64,000 nt of DNA from Octopus vulgaris (taxonomy: Eukaryota). The notes under the pieces are model-generated. The model searched no databases, was not told the DNA's origin, and was given only the letters and a program-made list of their open reading frames with translations. Both the position numbers and the translations under genes were made by a program. Shown one piece after another: positions 48,781-62,480 of this stretch (position 1 is the stretch's first letter; the number at the start of each line of letters is the position of its first letter). The DNA lies in NCBI GenBank assembly GCA_951406725.2, contig OX597838.1:28768001-28832000 (forward strand). Direction: 5' to 3'.

Positions 48781-50448
48781 TCTTTTACTCTTTTAGATGT
48801 TTCAGTCATTTGACTGCGGCCATGCTGGAGCACCGCCTTTAATCGAGCAACTCGACCCCGGGACTTATTCTTTTGTAAGCCCAGTACTTATTATATCGGA
48901 CCGCTAAGTGACGGGGACGTAAACACACCAGCATCGGTTGTCAAGCAATGCTAGGGGGACAAACACAGACACACACACATATATATATATATATTATTCT
49001 GATCCCCCTAGTCGCCACTCTGTTTACTATTTCAGCCTCGCCTCGTTTTGCATATTCTGTATAATTCACTAGTTATCGTTATAGATATTTTAAGATCTAT
49101 CTCCCTTATAGAAATTGGCTGCCGATTCTTCGCGGCGCGCCCGCCCTACCCACCCCCACCACCAATACCGGATATCTCTATTTTGCTCCAACTATACCGG
49201 ATGTCGTTTTCTCCCACCACCATTATAGGTGTCTACTCTTTGAACCCCCTCTTCAATACGCTATTTCACCATGCATTACCCCTCTCTCGATATCCTACGT
49301 TCTACTTGCCTAGAACCTGTCCTCTGGACCACCCCTCCCACTGGTGCTCACCCCTCCCACTGGTGCTCCCCTATATTTCTGCATCCCCCCACCACCATTA
49401 TAGGTGTCTACTCTTTGAACCCCCTCTTCAATACGCTATTTCACCATGCATTACCCCTCTCTCGATATCCTACGTTCTACTTGCCTAGAACCTGTCCTCT
49501 GAACCACCCCTCCCACTGGTGCTCCCCTATATTTCTGCACCCCCCACCACCATTATAGGTGTCTACTCTTTGAACCCCCTCTTCAATACGCTATTCACCA
49601 TGCATTACCCCTCTCTCGATATCCTACGTTCTACTTGCCTAGAACCTGTCCTCTGAACCACCCCTCCCACTGGTGCCCACCCCTCCCACTGGTGCTCCCC
49701 TATATTTCTGCACCCCCCACCACCATAATAGGTGTCTACTCTTTGAACCCCCCTCTTCAATACGCTATTTCACCATGCATTACCCCTCTCTCGATATCCT
49801 ACGTTCTACTTGCCTAGAACCTGTCCCCTGAACCACCCCTCCCACTGGTGCTCCCCTATATTTCTGCACCCCCCACCACCATTATAGGTGTCTACTCTTT
49901 GAACCCCCCTCTTCAATACGCTATTTCACCATGCATTACCCCTCTCTCGATATCCTACGTTCTACTTGACTAGTACCTGTCCTCTGAACCACCCCTCCCA
50001 CTGGTGCTCCCCTATATTTCTGCACCCCCCATAAAAAGCACCATCCGAACGTGGCCGATGCCAGACCCTCTGGCACCTGTGCAGGTGGCACGTAAAAAAC
50101 ACCCACTACACTCGCGGAGTGGTTGGCGTTAGGAAGGGCATCCAGCTGTAGAAACACTGCCAGACTAGACTGGAGCCTGGGGCAGTCCCGAGCTCCCCAG
50201 ACCCCGGTCGAAACCGTCCAACCCGTGCTAGCGCGGAAAACGGACGTTAAACGATGATGATGATGATGATGATGATACATATATACGACAGGCTTCTTTC
50301 AGTTTCTGTCTACCAAATCCACTCACAAGGCATTGGTCGGCCCGGGGCTATAGCAGAAGACACTTGCCCAAGATGCCACGCAGTGGGACTGAACCCGGAA
50401 CCATGTGGCTGGTTAGCAAGCTACTTACCACACAGCCACTCCTGCGCC
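48781..50448 (-). mobile_element. SINE family A split into 48781-48990 and 50275-50448 by the tandem array and a family C element
   Basis: Complementary halves in the same orientation, interrupted at the central microsatellite. Confidence 0.75.
49213..50030 (+). repeat. Tandem array of 5 units, spacings 175/155/173/156 bp plus a final truncated unit
   Basis: cat(t/a)ataggtgtctactctttgaaccccc recurs at 49221, 49396, 49551, 49724 and 49880. Confidence 0.93.
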
Positions 50449-50934
50449 TATATACATATGTATATGTAGTAAAAGTAATAAACAGAAAGCAGGTGTAATT
50501 TTCAATCCTTTATAGGAAATACACAAGCATTAACAAAAAAAAAAAAACCAAGATGAAACACATTTAGGTCCCATAAAGCATTGACTACCACACCCATTTG
50601 CTGGTAATTATAATAGTTTCTATTAATCGGCTCATATTCTGTACTGCAGCCCATCCCATGTTTGGTGACCTCCTTCGCACTACACTGAATACTAGGGTGC
50701 AGTGTGGAATACACGACTGAGCTTGACGTTTGGTTTGATATTACACTTCTCTGTGTTCTGCTTTAGGATGTGTGTATATATGTATTGATATATGTGTCTG
50801 TGTATGTGTATGTATATACACACACACATACCTACACACACACACATATATATATATACACACATATATATATGTATGTATATATATATATATATATATA
50901 CATACAAATGATTATATATACACATGTATATATA

Positions 50935-50981
<47 letters not shown>

Positions 50982-51076
50982 TAAACATACGTATATACAT
51001 AAATATATATGTATGTACATATATATATATTTATATATATAAAATACATTTATGTACATTGTATATATACATATGC

Positions 51077-51109
<33 letters not shown>

Positions 51110-51348
51110 CATACAAACATATATATGTATATACAGATTCAGATGAATATGGTACTTAAGTTGAGGGACCAGCATTTAGTATGGTATCATCCATACAATT
51201 TCAAAATAAGCAAAAAGGATATCCAGAGGTAATGCAGTACAGTCGTTTCAAGCAACACCATTTAATTGAACAATGCAATCATTACATCAATTTAAATGCA
51301 GAGCAATTTTCAGCTGCATAAAGACATAGAATTTAATGAAATTATAAG

Positions 51349-51530
51349 AGATGGACACATTAGTATAATTTTACTTAAAATCTCCAAGAAGCTAAGGAGA
51401 TAGACAAAGAACACGTTGCCTTCGCTTCAGCTTAGAGTAGCTTCTGAGCTGAAGTGAAGGCAGCTTATTCTTTGTCTATCTCCTTACTTTCTTGGAGTTT
51501 TTTAGGTAAAATTATACTAAAGTGCCCATC
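51349..51530. repeat. Imperfect long palindrome, arms about 87 bp
   Basis: tagtataattttac...ttcagcttag paired with ctgagctgaa...gtaaaattatacta across a short loop. Confidence 0.8.
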
Positions 51531-52809
51531 TGTTTTAGATATTAGACACAAATGAAGTAATATTTCTAAAATTTAAACTTCTTAGGAGTTAGTTAGTCCC
51601 CTTAATGGGGGCTAACCCCTACGATTTAGTCAGTTTTCCTAAGCCAGGACAAATACAATTGTAGTCTTGGATGCTGTAGACTCACCCAAGCATACAAGAT
51701 GAGCGTTACTTGTAATTCAATGGTACAATACTGTAAGAGTTTGCTTTGAGATATACTTAGATTGTGATTTCTGCAATGTGGTGTATAAATTGTCAAGTAA
51801 AGGAGAGGCATCTTTGCCTTCACTGATTCAGTTGCAAAGTGTTATTTTGAGTAAAGTTATTTGGCTGCAGACCTCCTTTGAGTCTTTTTATTATCACTGG
51901 GTCAGAGATAGTCCCCAGATGGTAACACTGATTCCAAGGCCTTCCCAGATAAGTGACTGGTCATTCAAAGATATTTATAGATTGCAAATTTATTCTGTCC
52001 AGTTACCTATCGGCATAGTGATCATTGCCAAACTCCAGAGGTGACACTTTCATTTCCCCTTAGCCCTCATGTCATACAGTTAATGTTTGAGTCACACCCT
52101 TCCATTTGCAGTAGATCTGTAATGCATCTTACAGCTATGCCCATCACCTGTATGGTGAGGGATCCTACATTGGGGTGTGGTAACGACAAGGGTAGGATAG
52201 CTGACTGCTTATTGTGATCATTCATCTTTTGGTTTCCTGTATCTTTGTTCACTTTTACAAACCCAGTGAACATTCATATATTTCTGATTTCAAAGAAATT
52301 TGAACAATAGATATAAGACCCAAGTTATAAAAGATTCCCAACAATTCAACATCTCTGGTTGACTTTAAGACCCCCGCCCCCACTATAGGGGCCTTAACGC
52401 CCACATTTTAGAACTCCGCGTACTCCATTTTTCGGGAGCAAGAACCTTTGAATAGGTTTTATAAGATTTGGATTTTGGAATCTGGGCATAAAGATGAGTA
52501 GTATGGGATACATATATCATGATTAGAATTTTTGTTAGGGTGTGTAAAGAGGGAAAGAACCCTCATTAAAATTCTTAATCTGCAATTTTGATGAAATTCG
52601 AAACATAGGTTTTATGTTTATGTTTCCAGTTTCAGCTCTTGAGCTGTGGCCATGCTGGGGCACCGCATTCCAGTTCATTAGAGAAAATATAAAAGAAAAG
52701 TCTAATTCTTCAATTCCATGAGACACGGACACAGCTGGGTATCTCTGCTAGTATATATGTACATATATATACACACACACACATATATATATATATATAT
52801 TCTTTTCTT

Positions 52810-53148
52810 TGACCCCCTTCAGTCAGACACTGACCATGGGTTTGCACCTAGAGAGTTACCCTCTGAGGCACAAGTCTGGGCAAGGTTGTTTTATGGAAGA
52901 CCAGCAGTCGCCCATGCATACCGGTCTCCCCTCTCCACGTCACCGATGTTGTCCAAGGGAAAGGCAAAGGGGCCGATACAGCTTGGCACCTGTGACGTCG
53001 CAACTCATTTCTACAGCTGAGTGAACTGGAGCAACGTGAAATAAAGTGTCTTGCTCAAGAACACAACACGCAGCCCGGTCCGGGATTCGAGCTCACAACC
53101 TCACGATCGTAAGCTCGACGCTCTAACCACGGAGCCACGCGCCTTCAC
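52810..53148 (-). mobile_element. tRNA-derived CORE-type SINE family E
   Basis: Head gtgaaggcgcgtggctccgtggttagagcg...gagctcgaatccc, CORE-like gtgttcttgagcaagacact. A related copy lies at about 47042-47295. Confidence 0.8.
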
Positions 53149-53155
53149 ATCTATC

Positions 53156-53186
<31 letters not shown>

Positions 53187-53371
53187 TAAAGAAAATAAGA
53201 TGGCTAGCAGCAGGCTGTTTCGCCTCATACCGAAGGAATTAGAAATGGCAGTCAAAGACCGTTTTTTCCATTTTCTATAAGTGGAGATTCCAAAAACGAA
53301 GGCCCTTACGGCTCATATACACAAAACCGGAGTGGCAAATAGACGAAAGCAATCACTTACCGTTAATACCG

Positions 53372-53471
<100 letters not shown>

Positions 53472-53656
53472 TACATATTTATGTATGTATTTATACATAT
53501 ATATATATATATACGTACGTATATATACACATATATATATATGAATAATAACAAAAAGGTAAAATTAATTAATTAATTAATTAATTAAGAAGTAATCAAT
53601 AATTTCACCAAGTAGAATTCGGCATGAAAAAAGGACCATTTCATGGTAAACTTAAG

Positions 53657-53922
53657 TAATACTTAATAAATGGGGTTCAGCAAAGATTTGCTTTACCACA
53701 TACCGAAGTTTAGAAATAGCCAAAAAACGTTAGCTGTTTCTTCTACTTTAAAAGGGACTCCCAGAAAAACCAAAATACTTGAAAACAATCACACAGTATT
53801 TTGGTTTTTCTGGGAGTCCCTTTTTTAAAGTAGAAGAAACAGCTAACGTTTTTTGGCTGCTATTTCTAAAGTTCGGTATGTGGTAAAGCAAATCTTTGCT
53901 GAACCCTATTTATTAAGTATTA
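53657..53922. repeat. Long inverted repeat, arms about 123 bp, 15-nt spacer
   Basis: taatacttaataaat...ccaaaatact paired with agtattttgg...atttattaagtatta. Confidence 0.88.
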
Positions 53923-55558
53923 CATATATATATGTGTAGGTATATATACATAAATTATGTATATATGTATATATCACCATCATCGTTTAACGTCCGATCG
54001 TGTTGGTATGGGTTAGACTGTTTGAGATAGTCCCCCAGATGTTTGTGTGTCTGTGTTTGTCCTCCCAACATCGCTTGACAATCGATGCTGGTGTGTTTAG
54101 GTCCCCGTAACTTAGCGGTTCGGCAAAAGAGACCGATAGAATAAGTACCAGGCTTACAAAGAATAAGTCCTGGGGGTCGATTTGCTCGACTAAAGGCGGT
54201 GCTCTAGCATGGCCGCAGTCAAATCACTGAAACGAGTAAAAGAGTATATATATATACATACACACGTATAAATACATACACACACACATATATATATTTA
54301 TATATACATATAAATATATACATACACACCTATAAATACACACACACACATATATATATATATGTATATATCTCCATGTATCCACACCCACACAATCGTA
54401 AAAATCCTCAAACGTTATCTCCCTTCTCCTAAGTCCTCATTATACTGTCTTCACCCCCACTTATTACCTCCAGTGCGCATGACCAGCCAGCTATCTTCCC
54501 CCCCTGTCTCTCTCTCTCTGTATCTCTCCCCCTCTCTCTCTCTCTTTCTGTATCTGTCCCTGTCACTCTCTCTGTATATATATATATATCTCTCTCTTTC
54601 TTTCTGTATCTGTCCCTCTCTCTGTATCTGTCCCCCTCTCTCTCTCTGTGTATATATCTCTCTCTCTTTGTATCTTTCTCTCTCTCTCTCTCTCTCACTT
54701 CTCCTTTGTTTCGCCGCCATTTTACTTTCTGCTATTTATTCTCTCTCTTACACTTTTTTATGTCTCCGAGCTTTCTCTTCCTTTTAACATCTATCTCTTC
54801 TTCCAATAAACCTCTTTAAAGCAACACACATATAAATACATACATACACACACAAACACACACTCACATGCCTAAATAGACAACATAAATACCCCAAATA
54901 TCACATGCACATCATCCCTGTACAACCCCCCCATTTACAAATCCATCTGAGCTGAAAAGCACTTTAATCTTGGCTCACATTTATTTACTTCGTCGCTTCC
55001 AGTTGAGAAATATTAATTTGATTTTTTAAAGTTTTGCAAAAATAACCATTATGAATTATGTAAGTATTATCGCTGATCTTTTCTTCTTTAATCTATCCCC
55101 CGATCCTTGTGCGTCGTTTTAGTAATTGTTAATTATTAATGATGATTATTAATACTTCAGTAATGATGTCTGTTCGGTATGTGTGTGCTTCGATTTATAT
55201 AATTGCTTTTTATTTAAATACATGGATATTTATTTGGCTGGAGGAAGAGACAGCATTTTCATATATATATATAAAATAATATATACTAGAACCGTAAGAT
55301 TGCCATATATATAGATATATACATATATATATGTGTGTGTATGCGTGTGTGCATATATATGTGCGTGTGTGCGTATATAAATGTGTGTGTATGCGTGTGT
55401 ACATATATATATATATGCGTGTGTGCATATATATGTGTGTATGCGGGTGTGCATATTTACACGTGTGTATATATATATACACACGTATGTTTGTGTATGT
55501 ATGTACGTATGTATGTGTGTGCGTGTATGTAGATATACGTATGTTTGTGTGCGTGTAT

Positions 55559-55600
<42 letters not shown>

Positions 55601-57006
55601 GTCTGTGTGTATATATGTATATATACGTCTCTGCGTGCGTGTATGTATATAGACATTTGTGAGCATATATGTATAGACGTATGTCTGTGTGCCTATATGT
55701 GTGTGTGGATGTCTATGCGTGTGTATATGTATATATTTATACATATATGTGTATACATGTAGCTATATGACTACATTTTTAGGTGGAATTCTGGTTTCAG
55801 CACCCAAATCTGCTTTGCCTTAAAATGTTTAAATAATAGTCACGCATGAATGAATATGGTATATCTTGTATTTAAGTGAATGTGACGATGATCGGATGCT
55901 CGTCTTAAATTTAGCATCTAATTTCTAAAAAAAAAATGTATTCCCTGAGATCAGAGAAACCTCGGTTAATGTAATCATGCACCTCGACTCTCCAAACTTC
56001 ACCAAAGCAATTTCTAGATGGGACGGTCACGAGTAGAGTGCCTTTAATCGTAGGTTCGATGACCGTAGTGTTGTCGGAAAGAGGCTGACCTGGGGTTAAA
56101 CAACAAGCGATTGTTGTAATATCCCTTCCATATGAAGAATTAAGTTTAGCCTTATTAATTACTAATTAGCACATCTTAATTAAAAAGCAAACAAAAAAAA
56201 CATTTAAACTTTATGTACAATTAATCAAAAGACTTAATAAAAACCTTTGTTCTGCTCTGAGCGAGCGATCAATCAATGAAGTCGTTAAAGGCGCTCCAAT
56301 TGTGACCATCCTATTACATATATTTTTTTTAACACAATACGTCAACAATATCCAATATTTCTTGAATTCTTCCCCTCTCCCAAGACAATTAATTAGGTGT
56401 TATTTGATTTTAGAGTTTAAAAGGGATCAATATAAAGATCTTCACCGTTTTTAGGTGAGCTGCTGTTTCTAGCAGGCTCATGGTTTCTCCCCTTTTGGCC
56501 TACGATTATATATTTAAAGGTCGCTTTGTGTGTGTGTGATATTCAGTCACATCACGTTTCAGTTTCTTTTTAATTAATTAATTAATTAATAATAATAATA
56601 ATAATAATTAATTCTTTTCAATTTTGGCACAGGATGTTAATTATAATAGTAATAATAATCATAAAATAATGGTATTAATTAATACCAATTGCTTACGTTG
56701 ATATTCCTAATACTACATATATATTCTTAATATAAAATAATTTCTGAATTTGGGTTATATACAGACAGCCACATCCACAGAGTAGCGAGATAAAACATCT
56801 TGAACCTCCCCGTCAGCCTAATTTAATTGAATTAACTAATTTATTTTCTCCTAGCGTTTAATAAAGTAAATTTTTCTTTATATTTCACAAATATGTATAC
56901 ACACACACATCTATATGTAATAATTATATATATATATATATAAGCACAGTATTAAAAATTAGAGCGAAGTTTATATTTGAGTGGCTATTGTTTTCTGGCT
57001 TATATG

Positions 57007-57042
<36 letters not shown>

Positions 57043-57238
57043 CTCAAATTGATTTGAGAACATAATCTTTTGTGGAGAATGGCGATTTGACGTCTATATC
57101 TAGCATGTTGACTGTCCACTTTTCGTGTTCAGTCCTTAATTGGTACATATAAATATTTTAATCTTCGGATTCTTTTTTAATATGCTAGACCACTGGTTTT
57201 TAATTGATAAATATCAATTTCTACCCTTAATTAATATT

Positions 57239-57279
<41 letters not shown>

Positions 57280-57429
57280 CATACATACATACATACATAC
57301 ATGCACGAATTTAACTCGTCGATCTACATTAAGCTACATATGTCTTCATTAAAGATCTTGTGTGTGTGTGTGTGTGTGTATCATGATAGATCGCTAGCCA
57401 CTACACATTCTTTATTTTCTCACCTTGTT

Positions 57430-57467
57430 TCTTTCTGTGGAAGAGCCTAGGCTCGAAACGTTAAAGA
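57430..57467 (+). ncRNA. Degenerate hammerhead motif in a Penelope-like repeat (about 57380-57562)
   Basis: TCTTT CTGTGGA A GAGCC-TA-GGCTC GAAA CG TT AAAGA; stems retained, core position 6 altered. Confidence 0.5.
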
Positions 57468-57575
57468 CTTCTTCACTTCCCGAGCATTATTACTAATACA
57501 TCTGTTTCTTGTCTACACCATCTGTCTTCGTCTTTTGTTTTGTTTTTCTGTGAATTCTCCTATGCCATACTTTGC

Positions 57576-57606
<31 letters not shown>

Positions 57607-58008
57607 CAATAACACACACAAAATAACCTATATTGTATACGTATATATACACACACGATAACCTACATAATTTCAGGTTATATAAAACACCACGAAAATA
57701 AGGGAAAATATTTTTTCTTCATGTCGCTATGAAAATGGTTTTTTAATTTGTTTCTTTTAAAAACAAAACGTATTTTAAACTTTGTATATACATTAGTAGC
57801 AGTTATTGAAAAATAGTAAAGAATTATAGCCCCACAGCGCCTCAACAAATAATAATAATAATTATTATTATTTCTTTACTACCCACAAGGGGCTAAACAC
57901 AGAGGGGACAAACAAGGACAGATATCGACGCCAGTGCGTAACTGGTACATAATTTATCGACCCCGAAAGGATGAAAGGCAAAGTCGACCTCGGCGGAATT
58001 TGAACTTA

Positions 58009-58039
<31 letters not shown>

Positions 58040-59099
58040 TATCCGTTAGGTTGGATTTGAAACCCTATCTCCTAGTAATTATCTTCGGAAATTAAAATAA
58101 ATATTTATATATAAACACATTTAGACCGAAATGATCGGTTCTGGATATTTTAATTTTCGCTTTCTTTGTAATGACTAAATAATTTTTCGAAATTATTTTG
58201 AGAAGAGAGGAAAGAGACAAAGAAAGGAATATGGGAATTCCTTGGAAATGTCTTTTACGAAAATATCTTTATGGTTTGGTGATGTACCGAGGGAGAATCC
58301 GTGAGCGTGTGGTGATGTTCATGCCATTCTGAAGAATGATTAGAGAATCGATGCTAGCGTTTTGTTTCTAAGATGTTTTATATAGCCAACAGTCGAGATC
58401 AGGTTCTTGGATTTTGTATCTAAACGAAATCCGAAGTATGTGTGTGTGTGTGTAAACTGTGGAACTCGAAGTAGATAAAGCTATAAATGATTGCGTTCAA
58501 ATAGTGTTAAAAAAATCGCTTTAGATCGAAAAGTTAAAAGCTGCCCATTGGATTCAACGTAAATGTATGTGTATATGTGGGTATACATACATTAATGTCG
58601 TGTGTGTATACATACACACGTATGAAACGGTTGTCGCGATGCAAATTAATGGTTAGTTTTGACTAAAGAAAAATGGGAAAAGACCCCCACTTTTGGTTAT
58701 TAGAATAATAAGGGACGAATAATTTGTGGGATTCATTCCTTTCCTCTCGAAAGCATTAACCATTTTGAACGACGTGTGATTTCCTCAGTTGCGAAGAAGC
58801 AGCGAAATGGTGTCACGGGATCTCTCAGATTTAGTAAGAAGCGGAACTAAGGAGGTTACTTGGGAGGAAAATCAAAACCAGGGTTTTCTGATACCCCCGA
58901 TATATAATTTTCTTTGCTATATAATTGAGGCGGTTTGTTGTGATGATGATGATGGTGGTGGTGGAATCGAAGGTCTAAATTGTTGCATCGGTAAATAACT
59001 TTAAGAATCAAAAGGCAACATACTTTTGTTTTGGAAACGGAGAGTGAGGGTGGGGGTGAGAATTACGATTTATATATTCGGTAAATGCTAAGATTAGCA

Positions 59100-59152
<53 letters not shown>

Positions 59153-59190
59153 CAGCCTTTGTGTCCAATAAAAGAATGAATTATTATTAT

Positions 59191-59950
59191 GGCGGCTTGC
59201 TGGCAGACTCGTTAGCACGCCGGGCGAAATCCTTAGCGGTATTTCGTCTGCCGTTACGTTCTGAGTTCAAATTCTGTCGAGGTCGACTTTGCCTTTCATC
59301 CTTTCGGGGGTCGATAAATTAAATACCAGTTACGCACTGGGGTCGATGTAATCGACTTAATACCTATGTCTGTCCTTGTTTGTCCTCTCAGTGTTTAGCC
59401 CCTTGTGGGTAATAAAGAAATAGGTATTTCGTCTGCCGTTACGTTCTGAGTTCTAATTCCGTCGAGGTCGACTTTACCTTTCATCCTTTCGGGGGTCGAT
59501 AAATTAAGTACCAGTTACGCACTCTGGGATCGATGTAATCGACTTAATCCGTTTGTTTGTCCTTGTTTGTCCCGTCTGTGTTTAGCCCCTTGTGGGTAGT
59601 AAAGAAATAGGTATTTCGCCCATCGCTACGTTCTGAGTTTAAATTCCGTCGAGGTCGACTTTACCTTTCATCCTTTCGGGGATCGATAAATTAAGTACCA
59701 GTTACGCACTGGGGTCGATGTAATCGACTTGATACTTATGTCTGTCCTTGTTTGTCCCGTCTGTGTTTAGCCCCTTGTGGGTAGTAAAGAAATAGGTATT
59801 TCGCCCATCGCTACGTTCTGAGTTTAAATTCCGCCGAGGTTGACTACTTTGCCTTTCATCCTTTCGGGGTCGATAAAATAAAAACCAGTTGATGTAATCG
59901 ATACATCTCCTCCCCCAAAATTGCTGCCCTTGTGGAAAAATTTTAAACCA
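59191..59950 (+). mobile_element. SINE family B concatemer (one head plus 4 units of about 185 bp)
   Basis: ggtatttcg unit starts at 59238, 59423, 59610 and 59795. Confidence 0.9.
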
Positions 59951-60992
59951 TTATTATTATTATTGGTTTCAAATTTTGGCTCCTCTCGGCCAGCAAATTT
60001 CAGCGGATGAGGCTAGTCGAAGCCATCAAACTCTAGCACTCAGATTGTACATACTTTATCGATCCGGAAAGGACGAAAGACAAAGTCGGCCTCGGCGGGC
60101 GGAGAACTCGGAACGTAAAGTTAGATGAAATAAGTACCAGTGCTCCACTGGGGTCGAGGTAATCGACTTCCTTACCCCTTAAAATTACGGGTCTTTTGCC
60201 AAAATTAGGGTTATTCTCAGCGTATACACACGATATAAATATTAATGATATGGCATAGCTGTGTACATCTTTTACAAGAAATTAAATAGGTGGAAATGTA
60301 TATATGTATGTTTTACCTCCGCCGTGTATGTATGTATATATATATATATATATACACATACACAATTGTGTATGTATGTGTACGTGTATATGTTAGTAGG
60401 CACCCTCCATATATATATGTGAATGTACATATGCGTATCTATACGCCTGCGTGTGTACCTATGTATATGTGTGAATATGTTTGTATTCGCGTGTACCCAT
60501 CTATATGTGAACGTGTGCGTATGCGTGCATCCATGTGTATATATATGTATGTCTGTGCAGCGCGCGCGCCCAATCTGTATGTGAACGTGTTTGCGCGCAC
60601 ACGTATGTATATATGTGAATATATGTATGTGTGTATACGTGTGTGTAAGTAAACCAAGGGAGATAATTTATTACTAACGGTTAAAATAAATGGAGCAAAA
60701 GAAAGGACAGATGCTTTAGGACGTTTTAAGACAAGGTTAAACGGAATGTGACATTTGATCGTCAAATCTTCGGCCGGAGCGGACATGGGGCGTTAGCGGT
60801 CCCGGAGTGTCGTTCCATATTTATCTGACCGAGGATGATGGTGTATATTTCACTACCACAAACCACATAGTTCCTTCCGGGTTCCGTTTCACTACATGGC
60901 ACCTTAGGTTAGTTTCTTCTAACTATAGCCTCGGGTCGACTAAATTTTTGTGAGTGGATTTAATAGACGGAAACTGGAAGAAGCCCGCCGCC

Positions 60993-61042
<50 letters not shown>

Positions 61043-61163
61043 TTAACAATTAAGGATAACTTCTTAATAAGGAATCTTAACAAGAAATTATCAGGTAGTT
61101 AGCGTGAAAAACCTCATAAGAGAAAAAATTCGATAATAAAATTTTCACTTGAAAATATTAATT

Positions 61164-61409
61164 TATATTGTATAGAGGGCATTATTACACATAAACGCCT
61201 CACGCTAAGAGGGACATAAGTCATTACTACCAAAATTTAACTAATCGTACCTAATGCAGTTTTCGAAGCAAGACATTTAAATTCAGTTTTTTTTAAATGT
61301 CTTGCTTCGAAAACTGCATTAGGTACGATTAGTTAAATTTTGGTAGTAATGACTTATGTCCCTCTTAGCGTGAGGCGTTTATGTGTAATAATGCCCTCTA
61401 TACAATATA
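61164..61409. repeat. Apparently perfect inverted repeat, 118-bp arms, 10-nt spacer
   Basis: 61164-61281 is the reverse complement of 61292-61409; (TA)n tracts nearby. Confidence 0.92.
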
Positions 61410-62227
61410 TATATATATATATATATATACATACAAAATTAAGAGGAATGACTACTAAAGTGGACACCCTATATGCTAAACATATATGTGGTTCGTAAGC
61501 AAGCTACTTACCACACACCCACTCCTACGCCTATATGTGTATATAGATGATGATGATGTGTGTGTCTTTGTGTTTCTCCCTTGACAACTGGTGTTGGTTT
61601 GTTTACGTCACTGTAACCTAGTGGCTCAGGTTAGAAAAATATATATGTACTGAGGTCAGCTTGACTAAGATCCTTCAAGTTTGTGGTCTCAGCATGTTTG
61701 CATTCCTGTCATTGAAACAAGTAAAATATAGGGTTAGAAATATATGTACAAACCCACACACATACAACACCAACCTGAAAGAATGCTTCATAGAACTCTG
61801 CCTGTCCACTGGCAGCAGAGAGCCTTGGCACACAAATATATGAAAAGCAAGGTCTCACCTGGTCTGAGATATTTGGTCATTTATAACCCTTGGCATCGAT
61901 TAAGACCACTTGTTCTCAAATGGGGTTCATATGACCTTTGAAGAGCCATAAGATATTTTGTGTATTGTTGAAGTACTATCACCTTGTTGCAATGTAGATT
62001 TTAACAACAGAATCTTAACCCTTTAGCGTTCATATTATTCTGTCAAAAGTAACGTCTGTTTCTATTCTATAGAAATTCTATGAGGAATTATTTACAATGG
62101 ACAAACATGTTCCCTCCTCTCGTTTGTTTTTCGGCTGTGCAGATATGAATGTAATATGGGAACCAGTATTAAGAAAAGACAAAATACTAGGTTTAGAAGC
62201 CCTATAATTCACTGTATAATTGCCCAC

Positions 62228-62480
62228 GGGCATATAGTGTAGTGGATAAGAGTGCAGGCTACTAACCCTTGGAGTCTAAGTTCAATCCCAGGCAGGGACT
62301 TGAAAAATAATAACATCAGTGGCACACCTTGGGAATGAGAACAGTGTGCCCCATTAGTCAAATAAAGGGTTTGGTTCAAAATTCCACCAGAAGACCTGAT
62401 GAAGGCTGGAGAGTAGATCAGCCGAAACGTGATAAGAGCAAAGATAAGGATACCTATCCGACCATTGTAAATAATGTAAT
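62228..62480 (+). mobile_element. Second, older copy of the tRNA-headed hammerhead element
   Basis: gggcatatagtgtagtggataagag...agttcaatcc head, gaatgagaac, CTGATGA (62396-62402) a ggctg..cagcc GAAA cg, tgtaaataa end. Confidence 0.7.

Noticed and set aside
50500-52300. Complex, CpG-poor unique stretches (about 50560-50766 and 51600-52290) as coding exons
   Set aside because: Stops in the frames I translated, no recognisable domain and no consistent splice-phase chain. They may be an old TE or lncRNA; left uncalled.
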